Source of the DNA: a virus
IMG/VR virus record: IMGVR_UViG_3300005613_000006
Span: 32,001-96,000 of that record
Direction: 5' to 3' (one strand)
DNA length: 64,000 nt
A program made the position numbers and the translations under genes. The notes under the pieces were generated by a model that did not search any database, was not told the origin of the DNA, and worked only from the letters and a program-made list of their open reading frames with translations. Shown here one piece after another: positions 45,834 to 55,421 of the stretch. Every line of letters begins with the position of its first letter. Position 1 is the stretch's first letter.

Positions 45834-47571
45834 TACTTGCTTCCTTTTTGTTAGCGATGAACAACGGCTTCGACATTGCCAGTCTTGCTGTCCTTCTTTC
45901 TTCCCACTTCGTATCCAACTGATTGTAATGTATCATCTTGTGAACAGCATCTTCCGCAGTGAACGGAAGATAGTGGTTCTTGTTTGCCAACAGACTACCC
46001 TCGTTGAACTTGGTGTCACCAGTATCAGTAATGGCAAAGCCGTAGTTCAAGTCTCGCATCATCTTGAGGGCCGCATAGCTGGTTACCATGTCTGGCCGTC
46101 CCCAAATGTTGGCAAAGCCCCATGTTACCAGTTGCTCGTAGCTAAGCCCCTGTGGTATCTTCAAATCAGGCTGGTGAATGCGAGCGGGCGAGTCCCATGT
46201 CTTGGCTTGGTCGGGCACTTCCAGACTGTCAAAGTATTTTTCCCATACCTTGGCTGTCTTATCCCACGAATAGTGTTTTCGCGCAGCTTTATATGTCTCG
46301 CGACCCCTTTTCAACCTCATTGCTTCTGGCTGGCGCAGAAACTTGGACAACTGGGTTATCAAGTCTCGGTTGTCAGGCACAGCCCGGTACGCATGTGTCT
46401 CAGATTCGCGTGTGACACACAAGGGCTTAATCGGAATGCCCTTGACGTTGCGAAGCACAGACGACATAGCCGAATAATCAACGGCCATGATGGGCACACC
46501 ACAGGCGGCTGCTTCCAACTGGGGCATACCGAAGCCTTCACAGATGGAGTATTGTACATACACGTCCATTACGTTGAGTATGTCGGACAGTTGTTCTTTA
46601 CTCACGCCAGCTTGAGTGCTGGGCAACTCAGCCTTGGGTCTACCGCAGTTGAGACAGGTCGTCCTGGCGTCTTGGAAGAACAGCGGTTGTACATTTCCAC
46701 AGTGGCTACACACATAGGTGAATAGAACTTTGTGGCCAAGGTGTTCCTCTCGCAGCAAACGTGGCATGTCCCAACCTATATCGGGATAGCTCGTATGAAT
46801 GTAGAGAAATGTGCGGTCGGCCAACGCCGGGTTTTCTTCCAGCATGATGCGGAATGAACGAAGCAACTCAGCATACATTTTGCGCTTCTGGTTCCGCATA
46901 ACGGTTCCTACAATCAGCACCTTGTCTTTGAAGGCCATCATGGACTTGTGCTGGGCTTTGTTGCGCACTGGTTTCAGCACATCAAAGTCGGCGGCTGGCG
47001 GCGCAAGGGCAAACACCTTGCCGATTCTAGCGTTTTGAATCTCGGTGTTCCAGGCGGTGCCGGGCACAACAATCTCTTTGCCTTCCAATACATCGCGACC
47101 AAATTCGCTGTAAGCACACAAGGCATCGGCGTTGCGGTAGCTGTATACCCAACGGTCGGGCAGCGGCGCAGAGTCAACTGTGGGCATGATTACCCACTTG
47201 TAGAAGTCTCGGAACGGAGAATGCTCTGCAAACTCCATCATCCACCAATCGCGTATGTCCCACACCACGTCTGGTCGGAAGTCCAAACAGGTTTCCTCGA
47301 ACTTCCAGCATCCGAACTGGTTTAGATTGCTGGCAAGGTAGGTGTCTTCATCGTCGGGCGTGTCGGGCAAGTTACCATAGAACGTCCAGGGGATGCTTAG
47401 CCGTCGCTTGTCATTCCAGTGTCCGTAGCTAGCCAACTCTGCTATCTCGTACTTGCCAGTCTCATGTAGACGAGACAATACCTCTCGGTCGTATACTCCA
47501 TATCCTGTGTTGAGGTAAGCCGCCTCACCGCACCAGAGTATCCTAAGTTTCCTTTTGTTCTTCGTCGTCAT
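45826..47571 (-). CDS. Glycosyltransferase family 4 with a Zn-ribbon insert
   Basis: TGYG, VMRNQKRK, CSHC..CLNC, EGFGMPQLEAAACGVP, YSWDKTA. Confidence 0.88.
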   Translation of the reverse strand: MTTKNKRKLRILWCGEAAYLNTGYGVYDREVLSRLHETGKYEIAELASYGHWNDKRRLSIPWTFYGNLPDTPDDEDTYLASNLNQFGCWKFEETCLDFRPDVVWDIRDWWMMEFAEHSPFRDFYKWVIMPTVDSAPLPDRWVYSYRNADALCAYSEFGRDVLEGKEIVVPGTAWNTEIQNARIGKVFALAPPAADFDVLKPVRNKAQHKSMMAFKDKVLIVGTVMRNQKRKMYAELLRSFRIMLEENPALADRTFLYIHTSYPDIGWDMPRLLREEHLGHKVLFTYVCSHCGNVQPLFFQDARTTCLNCGRPKAELPSTQAGVSKEQLSDILNVMDVYVQYSICEGFGMPQLEAAACGVPIMAVDYSAMSSVLRNVKGIPIKPLCVTRESETHAYRAVPDNRDLITQLSKFLRQPEAMRLKRGRETYKAARKHYSWDKTAKVWEKYFDSLEVPDQAKTWDSPARIHQPDLKIPQGLSYEQLVTWGFANIWGRPDMVTSYAALKMMRDLNYGFAITDTGDTKFNEGSLLANKNHYLPFTAEDAVHKMIHYNQLDTKWEERRTARLAMSKPLFIANKKEASNG

Positions 47572-47926
47572 CTTCTTTTTTCTTTCTGACTAAAGCAAGT
47601 CCTATATTGCTAGGGAAGTCAAACTTCTCTATCCGAAACACAATCTTGCTGATTGTCTGTCCAGTCTTCTTGTCTTCGTAGATGTTGTTCCGCGCAGACG
47701 AGTCGTTGACGATAAGCACGTCGCCTTTGTGACAGTATTGCACAATGACCTCTGCCGCGCTGTCCCATATCTCAAAGTCCAGAAAGTTGACCTTAGATTT
47801 ACCCTTGAATCTGCGTTGTACCGCCAAGGTGAATCGTGCGACACATGTATCGTCACCATCATCCTTCTCGATTCTACGCAGGGCTGGGTCTGCGGTAAAG
47901 CGTCCTATAAATGTGCAGTTGTTCAT
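47543..47926 (-). CDS. ssb: Single-stranded DNA-binding protein
   Basis: MNNCTFIGRFTADP.LR, VARFTLAVQR, W...AE....Y.HKGD. Confidence 0.85.
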   Translation of the reverse strand: MNNCTFIGRFTADPALRRIEKDDGDDTCVARFTLAVQRRFKGKSKVNFLDFEIWDSAAEVIVQYCHKGDVLIVNDSSARNNIYEDKKTGQTISKIVFRIEKFDFPSNIGLALVRKKKEDDDEEQKET

Positions 47927-48456
47927 TACGACATGTCTCCCTGACAGACCCTACATACTATGTTATAACCCACCAATACTCCATATTGGTCTGCCGCTTG
48001 CAAGAGACCGTCAGAAAAACCATTCTGATATGCTTGTTGAATCAATGCTTTCAACGCCTTCTCTTTCTCTAACATCTCTGGCGTTTCTTCATCGCCCCCA
48101 TCTATGCCCCTTAAAAGTGTGCCTTCATCTACCTCAGTATCATCAATGAAGTATTTCAACAACGTCGCGTTGTATTGTAGATATGAGCAACAAAAGATGG
48201 TATCACAAATTATGCAGGACTTTCGTGCATAAGGTGGACATTCAATGTCGAAACCGTCGCGCAACTCTTCTCCATGCCAAGCCTGTATGGATATACCCTC
48301 GGGAGTTAGCTGGTAGTCCCGTCTAAATCCATTGCTGCGCGGCTCTAAGAGGCGCGGCGGATAGTAGAATGAACACCCAGCCTGTGTGAGTTTCCCATAG
48401 ACATAGTAATCATGGTCTTGTAGGAGTTGCTGTGCTGCTTTGTGGTAGTCTTGCAT
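47926..48456 (-). CDS. Hypothetical protein
   Basis: 176-aa ORF with CxxC motifs filling the gap. Confidence 0.5.
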   Translation of the reverse strand: MQDYHKAAQQLLQDHDYYVYGKLTQAGCSFYYPPRLLEPRSNGFRRDYQLTPEGISIQAWHGEELRDGFDIECPPYARKSCIICDTIFCCSYLQYNATLLKYFIDDTEVDEGTLLRGIDGGDEETPEMLEKEKALKALIQQAYQNGFSDGLLQAADQYGVLVGYNIVCRVCQGDMS

Positions 48457-48492
48457 ATCTTATAGTACCAGCCAATCCAGCCAAATATAAAG

Positions 48493-50214
48493 CTAAATCT
48501 GCCAAACTTTCTCGATAATCGAGGAGTCACTTGAGTTGCTTCGCTTTACTTGTATGAGGACTGTATTGCCCTGATACAGAAGACTTTGTGCCATCTTCCA
48601 CTTATCGGGGAAACACACAAGGTCGTCCAAAGCACAGGTGTTGTCTTCGGCGGTTATAAACGCCATCGCTTGCCCAGGAGTCTTGCCGCGTTTGGTGAAG
48701 ACCTTCTTCACATTCGTAATCTCCACGGCCACCAGCATATAGTCGGCCTTGGCCCCCTCGGCTATTTCCTTGCATGTGTGATTTGCTTTACTCGCATCCA
48801 TGCATCCATCTACCCTACTGTACGTAATCCCTGCACCCAGATAGCGTTCTTCGTCAAACGCGATTTCGTCTGGCGGGTCTTCCAGTGAGTTTGGAGGACA
48901 CTGCAACAGATTGCGAATACTTAGCACCACGTCTACCCGCTTGGCCGTATGACAACCGCCGCCTTCCTTTTTAGTGCGGGCACAGTCAGTCAGCGCATGA
49001 GCAAGACTAGGCCAATGTTGTATTGCCGTATCTCCGTTCTGATAGTCTTCTACCATCCAAGGATACTGCCGTTGCACAACCCAATCGCGTTCCTTATCTG
49101 TCAACTGGCTCCATCGCGCTATCTCAAACTTCATGCGACGGCGCGGAACACCTAAGAAGTCTATTGCTCCCGCCGCAATAAGGGCGACGTTAACAGTCGA
49201 AGGAATCTTATCCGAGAAGTACATCAGGTAGTCTTCCCAGGTCCAATCCTTGACGTTCTTTCGCAGAATAAGTTCTGCCTCTTTGACGTGGCGATGCAGC
49301 CTATTCAGCGCCGCTTCACCCACCTGTTTGATGTTGGAGAGGCCAAAGCGCAACTGGTCGTCAACAATATGAAACTCTTCCTGACGAGTTCGCAAGTCTG
49401 GTGTGCAGATGTTGATACCAGTTTGTCTGGCGTCAGAAACCAGTTCCTTAATCTCGGCAAACTTGTCTTGTTTCCAAGCAGAGCCGCGTAGATATGAACA
49501 GTAAAACTGTAGAGGCATGTGGGCCTTGCAGTATGCTGACCAGTATGCACCCTCGCCATAGCAAACGGCGTGAGACTTGTTGAAGCTGTATCGCTGTGAC
49601 TCTCGAATCCACCCAAAGATTTCCTCGGCTTGTTCTGGATTGACGATGCCGGTCGCTTTGCAGCCGTCAATGAAACCCCCTTGCACCTTGGCCATAACGT
49701 CGGCTTTCTTCTTGCCGATGGCTTTTCTCAACACGTCAGCCTCTTGCTCATTAAAACCAGCCAGCGCCACGGATATTTTCATGGCCTGTTCTTGGTACGT
49801 TAGTACCCCATAGGTCTTGTTCAGCAATGGCTCTAGTGATGGATGGAGATACTCGACCTCTTCCAACAGATTCTTGCGGTCGGCGTATCGTTGGGTCATG
49901 GACTTGGGTGGGTCTCCACTCATAGCACGAAGACAACCGGGGCGCAGCAGAGCTACGAGAGCCCCGAGGTCTTCCAACGAGGTCGGCTGCACCTTCTTTG
50001 CCCAGATTTTGCCCAAGTGTCCTTCCAACTGGAAGATACCCTTAGTCTGACCTGATGCGAATAGTTGCCATGTGCGGGGGCAATCAAAGGGAATCTGGAA
50101 AATGTCCACGTCACACAGGGGTAACCTGGGGATTGCCTCGTATACTTGCATGTCGGGGGCTTCGGGGTCCACTATATTGAACGCACACCCACAATCAAAA
50201 TGTACTTTACCCAT
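48493..50214 (-). CDS. dnaE: DNA polymerase III alpha, C-terminal half (fingers, HhH, OB)
   Basis: GQTKGIFQLEG, ALLRPG, TYGVLTYQEQ, LRKAIGKKK, YSFNKSHA..Y, FGLSNIKQVG, TKRG..MAFITAED. Confidence 0.92.
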   Translation of the reverse strand: MGKVHFDCGCAFNIVDPEAPDMQVYEAIPRLPLCDVDIFQIPFDCPRTWQLFASGQTKGIFQLEGHLGKIWAKKVQPTSLEDLGALVALLRPGCLRAMSGDPPKSMTQRYADRKNLLEEVEYLHPSLEPLLNKTYGVLTYQEQAMKISVALAGFNEQEADVLRKAIGKKKADVMAKVQGGFIDGCKATGIVNPEQAEEIFGWIRESQRYSFNKSHAVCYGEGAYWSAYCKAHMPLQFYCSYLRGSAWKQDKFAEIKELVSDARQTGINICTPDLRTRQEEFHIVDDQLRFGLSNIKQVGEAALNRLHRHVKEAELILRKNVKDWTWEDYLMYFSDKIPSTVNVALIAAGAIDFLGVPRRRMKFEIARWSQLTDKERDWVVQRQYPWMVEDYQNGDTAIQHWPSLAHALTDCARTKKEGGGCHTAKRVDVVLSIRNLLQCPPNSLEDPPDEIAFDEERYLGAGITYSRVDGCMDASKANHTCKEIAEGAKADYMLVAVEITNVKKVFTKRGKTPGQAMAFITAEDNTCALDDLVCFPDKWKMAQSLLYQGNTVLIQVKRSNSSDSSIIEKVWQI

Positions 50215-50884
50215 TTTTGAAACAGTCTTTCATTTCCATCCTACGGCGACCCGTAGTCTCATTCAAATCAGTCAAAGAGCGACACGCATTCAACAGCCGT
50301 ATCGCTATTCTTGCAGTCCATTTTGCATCAAACAACGCATCATGTGCGTTTTCCAAAACCTTCTTGTCTACTCCCATGTACTCCAAAATCGTTGGCAGCT
50401 TGATGTTCTTTATCTCTGGGTTGTTGTGAAACCACATCCACATTTCGTCTTGTACGTCGATGGCGAAGGCCGGGTTGAACAGGTTGGCCTCTTCTCTCTT
50501 GGCATCCCACTGTCCGTATTGCTGACAATACCGGCTCGTAATAATGCTGTCAAACCGTCTGATACCATAGCCTCCTCCAATGGGATAGGTAAACGAGTTG
50601 TCTCCCTTTCCCATACAGTGGCGTCGAACAAATGCCACAAACGAGGGCCAGACTACTTTCATTTCCGGCGCGGCCTCCAACCTTTCCATCGTAAACTTGT
50701 TGACCTTCAACGCCCCTGGCTCTACGGCGTCGAAATCTTCTGGCTTGCAATCACATACGAACTCATCCTTGATTTTCAAGTTGTAGCGGTTAACCGCAAC
50801 GGCCCCAATCTGGCAAATTTCACAGCTATGTGGGTTCTTGGCCACGGTCTCGTAGTCGTATATGATGTAGTGTCTATAGTCCAT
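50207..50884 (-). CDS. DEDDh 3'-5' exonuclease (DnaQ/epsilon-like)
   Basis: YDYET (ExoI), GYGIRRFD (ExoII), HDALFDA (ExoIII). Confidence 0.85.
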   Translation of the reverse strand: MDYRHYIIYDYETVAKNPHSCEICQIGAVAVNRYNLKIKDEFVCDCKPEDFDAVEPGALKVNKFTMERLEAAPEMKVVWPSFVAFVRRHCMGKGDNSFTYPIGGGYGIRRFDSIITSRYCQQYGQWDAKREEANLFNPAFAIDVQDEMWMWFHNNPEIKNIKLPTILEYMGVDKKVLENAHDALFDAKWTARIAIRLLNACRSLTDLNETTGRRRMEMKDCFKNG

Positions 50885-51941
50885 GCTGTACCTTCGGTAT
50901 CTTGAGCTTGGGTATGTTTCCGTTCACCACTATGTCGGTGACGATTTCTTCTAGTGTTTCGCGTTTGAAGTATGTGTAGGGGATTTCAATGTAGGTGATG
51001 CCGTGTTCTTTGCAGTATGCGCGTTTGCGACGGTCGTGTTCTATTGTTTCGGCAAACTTGTGAGCCCAGCCCCATTCACATCTGTAGTGTTGCGAACCAT
51101 TGGCTGCTATCATTAGATTGTGGTCTGGAAGATAGAAGTCGGGACGCAACTTCCTTCCGCCAATACCTCGCAAGTCATCTGATATGCCTCGATTGTGTAT
51201 GTGGTTAGTTTTTAATTTTGTTAGCACTTGTAGAATCACATATTCTGCTGCACTACTTAGGCATCCACATGATTTGACTTTGCCGTTCGCAATTCTACTA
51301 AAGTATATTGGTCCTATTTCGTTGCCGCACTCACATTGCGCCCACACACTACAACTATTATTACCAGACTTGACTTTTGTAATAGTTAACAAAGAGTGTA
51401 TATCTCCAATCTCTGGGTCTTGACAGTGCCCACATGATTTTGTTCCGTTGGGTCTGGTTATGTTGTTCAACGAAGCCAGAAAAATTGTTCCACAACGCGG
51501 GCATTCAAATTCAGTTTTTGTGTTGGCCTTAATATATTGTCCAACCAAACGAATACCAGCCGCCAATGCCCTGGCTTCTGCTTCTTCTTGTGTTAGCTTG
51601 TCGGGGCCTTTTAGTAATAAGCACCCACAAGACTTTGTGTTGCGAGATGCTATAGACTCCAATGTGCAAGGAAAAATTGTTCCACAGTATGGACATTCAA
51701 ATTCAGTTTGTGTGTAGTTGTTAATATATTGTCCAACCAAACGAACACCAACGGTTAGTGCTTTAGCTTCTGCTTCTTTCTGTGTGTGGTTCAGTGAACG
51801 TCCAACAAGATTTAATTTATTCAATTTGTTCTTCACCGAACTGCGACTTCGCCCCAACTTATTCATACAATACTCAACGCCATGTTGTAAATAATTTGAG
51901 TACAAAAAGTCTACTTCTGCCTGTGTCCATTCTCTTGCCAT
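50874..51941 (-). CDS. Putative homing endonuclease with duplicated Zn-ribbon repeats and a C-terminal DUF559/PD-(D/E)XK-like domain
   Basis: Two RLVGQYI...TEFECP.CGTIF...TKSCG repeats; LRPDFYLP...NGSQHY...D..K..YC....I.Y. Confidence 0.75.
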   Translation of the reverse strand: MAREWTQAEVDFLYSNYLQHGVEYCMNKLGRSRSSVKNKLNKLNLVGRSLNHTQKEAEAKALTVGVRLVGQYINNYTQTEFECPYCGTIFPCTLESIASRNTKSCGCLLLKGPDKLTQEEAEARALAAGIRLVGQYIKANTKTEFECPRCGTIFLASLNNITRPNGTKSCGHCQDPEIGDIHSLLTITKVKSGNNSCSVWAQCECGNEIGPIYFSRIANGKVKSCGCLSSAAEYVILQVLTKLKTNHIHNRGISDDLRGIGGRKLRPDFYLPDHNLMIAANGSQHYRCEWGWAHKFAETIEHDRRKRAYCKEHGITYIEIPYTYFKRETLEEIVTDIVVNGNIPKLKIPKVQHGL

Positions 51942-53908
51942 TAGAAGTGCCCCGTCTTGAGTAACTGCAAAGCCCCTCGAACCTTATCCAACATGGCAAT
52001 TCCAAGTATATCAAACTTCACCATGCCGATTTGTTCAAGGTCATTCATTTCCATCCCCGCGATAATCTCTCCCGTGGTCTTGTCGAAAACCATCGGACAA
52101 ACTTCATTGAGCGGTTCTGGTGAGATAACAACACCCGCCGCATGTTTGCTTTGTGAGCGCTTCGTTCCTTCCATCCTAATTGCCTGGGCAAAGTGTGGGG
52201 CCAACGGCCCTTGCAGATTGCCTTCGCTATCCAGGTACGCCCACTGCTTGAGTTCCTCATCGTTGTTCTCCAAGGCCCATTGGATAATAGATGCATCGCC
52301 GTCGCCGCCAGCTTCTTCGTCAGCCTTTCTCATCGCCTGTAACTGGTCCGAAATTTCTGCCTCGTCTGGAATGAACATCGTAATCCGATTCATTTCATCG
52401 AAGCCACATGCGTTGTGGGCTCGCAGCACGTCTTTCAACGCACCGCGCCCCTGCATACGTGTAAATGTAAGCATCTGTGCTACGCGGTCGCGTCCATAGC
52501 GGTCCCGTATGTATTCGATTATGTCGCCCCTGTGCTTAATCTCAAAGTCCATATCAACATCAGGCAACGAGGTCCACTCCGGTGTGTTGCGCCCGGCGTT
52601 GTAGAACCGTTCAAACAATAGGTCGAACTCGATGGGGTTTGGATGGGTGACGCTCAACAGATATAGCACAATCGTACCGGCAGCAGACCCACGACCCGCG
52701 CCAACTAGCCAACCCTGACTCTTGGCGTATGCCACTATGTCTTCCACAATCAGGAAGTAGTCGCTCAATGTGCTTTCACCCAGCTTGGTTTCCGACAACA
52801 CCTTAAACTCTTTCTTAAAGCGGTCGCCGTAATCCTTCTTGGTAAACTCGCTGTTGGCAATATGTCTCTCAATCTCCGGTTGTCGTTTCCTCCATCCCTC
52901 TCTACATTTTTCTTTCAAGTAATCGTTGGAAGACTCTCCATTAGGAGTTGGAAAACATGGAATGGCAGGGTGTCGCGTAATGTCGTAGACTTCGCACATG
53001 TCGGCAATGTCAAGCGTGGTCTTTAGCTCTGCCTCAGTGTGGCCTACGTCTATCATATCCTGGTAAGTAGGAATGTGGTAGTTGTTGCTGCGGAAGAATG
53101 ACCCTAGAGAAATATCCTCGTTTTGGATGCGTTGTTTGGTTACCTCGCGGAAGGTAATGTCCAGCTTGTTGCAGAGTAACACTCGCTGGTCTTCGGCGTC
53201 TTCGCGACGTGCGTAGTGGGCGTCGGGGACAGCAGCACAGGGAATACCGGCGTGACTACTAATGTGGCGCAAGCAGTCGGCCAGGACAATGAGAGCGGGC
53301 ATGTTCTTGCGGTCAATCAGAGGAACCTCAAGATAGAAGTTGCCTTTGCCAAACATGGATTCAAAGCGCTGGGCCACAGCGATACCGGCGCTATCCCAGT
53401 TGGGATTCAGATGGTTCTTGGCCATGTTGACACCGTGGGCCGAGGCAACCATCTTCATATCTGGAAAGATAACGCTAGCCATATCGCTGCCCATGTGACC
53501 ACTGAGACCAATGACGTTGCCATCAAGGAATTGGTCCAGAGTTTCCATATCCAGTCGTGGCTTGTAATAGAAGTTCTCAGGTTTGTTGGCTTCGCTAGTG
53601 AGTTCGATAAGCCTGCGCCAACCCTCGATGTTTTTGGCCAACAGAACAAGATGGGTCAGATATTTATTGCTCCGAAGATGTGGTTCTTCGTGGCATACGT
53701 AGAACTCGCAACCGATGATAGGTTTGAGGTTGCGCTTCTTCATGGCACCCAAGAAGGCAATCGCGCCAGCCAAACTGCCGTGGTCAGTCATAGCAGAGCC
53801 GGGAAGATTTGCTTCCACGCAACGCTTAGCTATGTCTTTGGGCTTGCTGAGGCCATCGAGTAATGAGTAGTGCGAATGACAATGGAGAGGAAAATATGTG
53901 TTTTTCAT
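51941..53908 (-). CDS. dnaE: DNA polymerase III alpha, N-terminal half (PHP, palm/thumb)
   Basis: LHCHSHYSLLDG, TDHG, GCEFY, DAHY, GRGSAAG, LLFERF, PDVDMDF, KHAAGVVIS, VKFDILG. Confidence 0.93.
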   Translation of the reverse strand: MKNTYFPLHCHSHYSLLDGLSKPKDIAKRCVEANLPGSAMTDHGSLAGAIAFLGAMKKRNLKPIIGCEFYVCHEEPHLRSNKYLTHLVLLAKNIEGWRRLIELTSEANKPENFYYKPRLDMETLDQFLDGNVIGLSGHMGSDMASVIFPDMKMVASAHGVNMAKNHLNPNWDSAGIAVAQRFESMFGKGNFYLEVPLIDRKNMPALIVLADCLRHISSHAGIPCAAVPDAHYARREDAEDQRVLLCNKLDITFREVTKQRIQNEDISLGSFFRSNNYHIPTYQDMIDVGHTEAELKTTLDIADMCEVYDITRHPAIPCFPTPNGESSNDYLKEKCREGWRKRQPEIERHIANSEFTKKDYGDRFKKEFKVLSETKLGESTLSDYFLIVEDIVAYAKSQGWLVGAGRGSAAGTIVLYLLSVTHPNPIEFDLLFERFYNAGRNTPEWTSLPDVDMDFEIKHRGDIIEYIRDRYGRDRVAQMLTFTRMQGRGALKDVLRAHNACGFDEMNRITMFIPDEAEISDQLQAMRKADEEAGGDGDASIIQWALENNDEELKQWAYLDSEGNLQGPLAPHFAQAIRMEGTKRSQSKHAAGVVISPEPLNEVCPMVFDKTTGEIIAGMEMNDLEQIGMVKFDILGIAMLDKVRGALQLLKTGHF

Positions 53909-53909
53909 T

Positions 53910-54611
53910 CTATTTATCCTTGGAATTATATACTACGACAGCCCGGCATAATTCTAACAATCTATCTAGTGATAGGTCCATTTTCATTTTGTTTACATCT
54001 TTATGAACCCACCACACATTGTCTTTTGTGTAGCCCCCGCAACTGTCAATCCGGTCTAGTGAGGCACTATTGTATAACACTATTGACAAGCCTGAAATAG
54101 CACACGCACCTTCTTGTTTCAACCATAATTCCCATAAAAACTTAGCGTCTAAATCAAACGTAAATTTCTTTTTTCTTGCACGACATCGTATATCTGCCAC
54201 CAAAGAGCCGTTAATGTCACAATATCCAGTCCAGCGGTGATTCTTTTTTCGTTTACGATAACACCCACAGCTTTTAGCACGCCCACTTTTCAAACGAGAG
54301 GTTGGCACTGTTGAAGTATTATCACATTGACATCGACATAACCAATTGATGCTTCCGTTGGCTGTTTTACCTACGGGTTTTATTGTGGTAAGTAAACCAA
54401 ATTGCATTCCTGGTTCTATTTGCCCTCGTAAATCTTGCTTGGGAATACCATGATGTTCAAGGTAGTCATATACCAACCGTACACTACAACCAACTTCGTC
54501 GGCAATGATATATGGAGATTTTTTGAGTTGAGTATATTGCTTCGACAGAAATTCTTTTGTTAATATGTCTTGATATACTGGGCTGAAACGGCCATTTTCT
54601 AATCGTGACAT
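53910..54611 (-). CDS. HNH-family homing endonuclease
   Basis: FGLLT, WLCRCQC, KSCGC, CAISG, ASLDRIDS..GY...NVWWVHKDVN.MK; AT-rich; homologous to 44368-44919. Confidence 0.85.
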   Translation of the reverse strand: MSRLENGRFSPVYQDILTKEFLSKQYTQLKKSPYIIADEVGCSVRLVYDYLEHHGIPKQDLRGQIEPGMQFGLLTTIKPVGKTANGSINWLCRCQCDNTSTVPTSRLKSGRAKSCGCYRKRKKNHRWTGYCDINGSLVADIRCRARKKKFTFDLDAKFLWELWLKQEGACAISGLSIVLYNSASLDRIDSCGGYTKDNVWWVHKDVNKMKMDLSLDRLLELCRAVVVYNSKDK

Positions 54612-54670
54612 GTTTGTTCTCCGTTAAATGTAAGGAAGTTATCCACTACATTATTATACACCAAACATGT
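54608..54670 (-). promoter_or_regulatory. Promoter TGGTGTATAAT (54663-54653) within a start-codon-sequestering hairpin
   Basis: Minus strand ACATGTTTG pairs perfectly with CAAACATGT, which contains the ATG. Confidence 0.65.
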
Positions 54671-54690
54671 TTAGATTGTAGAAATAGTGA

Positions 54691-55134
54691 CTATGGACAT
54701 GCAGGGGGAAATACGTGTTCATCTAGTTTCTCCAAAGTCTCATGCATCCACGACTCATCAAATGTGAAGGAAAGCTGACTTTTACCCCGTTGTGCTGCGG
54801 GTACTGTACTAGCATTCCTCATTATGTGGTTCAACAAGTCGCGTGTGAATTTCACCAAATTCTGATTGTACTCAACCTCGTTTGCGGGAGGTTTGTCAAC
54901 CATGTTCAAATCTTCGGCCACTTGCTGACAGCGAGCGGCGAGGTCCACCAGAGCATTCGTCCCCCCAATCTGGCGGCGCATCAAGTCGGTTGTCGAGACT
55001 TCTGGCCAAAAAGCCTCTAGCCCCTCTTCTAATATAGCCCGCGCGGCGTAAAAGTCAAGTACGACGGCGGGATTTTGCCATTCTAACCTTCGGATTTTTA
55101 GTTGGTCGCGTTGCTGTTCGGCAAATTGTCTCAT
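54691..55134 (-). CDS. Hypothetical protein
   Basis: 147-aa ORF in the operon. Confidence 0.55.
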   Translation of the reverse strand: MRQFAEQQRDQLKIRRLEWQNPAVVLDFYAARAILEEGLEAFWPEVSTTDLMRRQIGGTNALVDLAARCQQVAEDLNMVDKPPANEVEYNQNLVKFTRDLLNHIMRNASTVPAAQRGKSQLSFTFDESWMHETLEKLDEHVFPPACP

Positions 55135-55421
55135 ACTATCAACTCCAATTTCTGCAAGAGACCTTCCACTTCTTTCCTATTCCCTTTTTGATGAGCCTGC
55201 ACCAACGCCATACACAGATAGCGCAGCTTCCACAAGTCGTTGACAATCATGTGCATTGCGTTGCCAGAGATAACGTGGTCAGGTCCCTTAATCTCTTGAT
55301 TGATAGCCACAAGAGTGTCCAAATCCATAATGCGACGATTGAACGTCAGCTTCGGAGTGGCTGGTCCTGGTTCTGGTTTTGGCTTGTCGCTTGGTGGCGG
55401 CGTTGGCGCTTTAGCACCCAT
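55131..55421 (-). CDS. Hypothetical protein with a Pro-rich N-terminus
   Basis: Probable start MGAKAPTPPP, overlapping the upstream stop. Confidence 0.5.
   Translation of the reverse strand: MGAKAPTPPPSDKPKPEPGPATPKLTFNRRIMDLDTLVAINQEIKGPDHVISGNAMHMIVNDLWKLRYLCMALVQAHQKGNRKEVEGLLQKLELIV

Noticed and set aside
50215-51940. Group I intron or split intein interrupting dnaE
   Set aside because: The interval is fully occupied by two coupled ORFs, leaving no room for a ribozyme core, and no intein terminal motifs are present.
53925-53936. Variant promoter (minus strand GTAGTATATAAT) upstream of dnaE-N
   Set aside because: Two mismatches to the consensus within an AT-rich CDS; plausible but not supportable.
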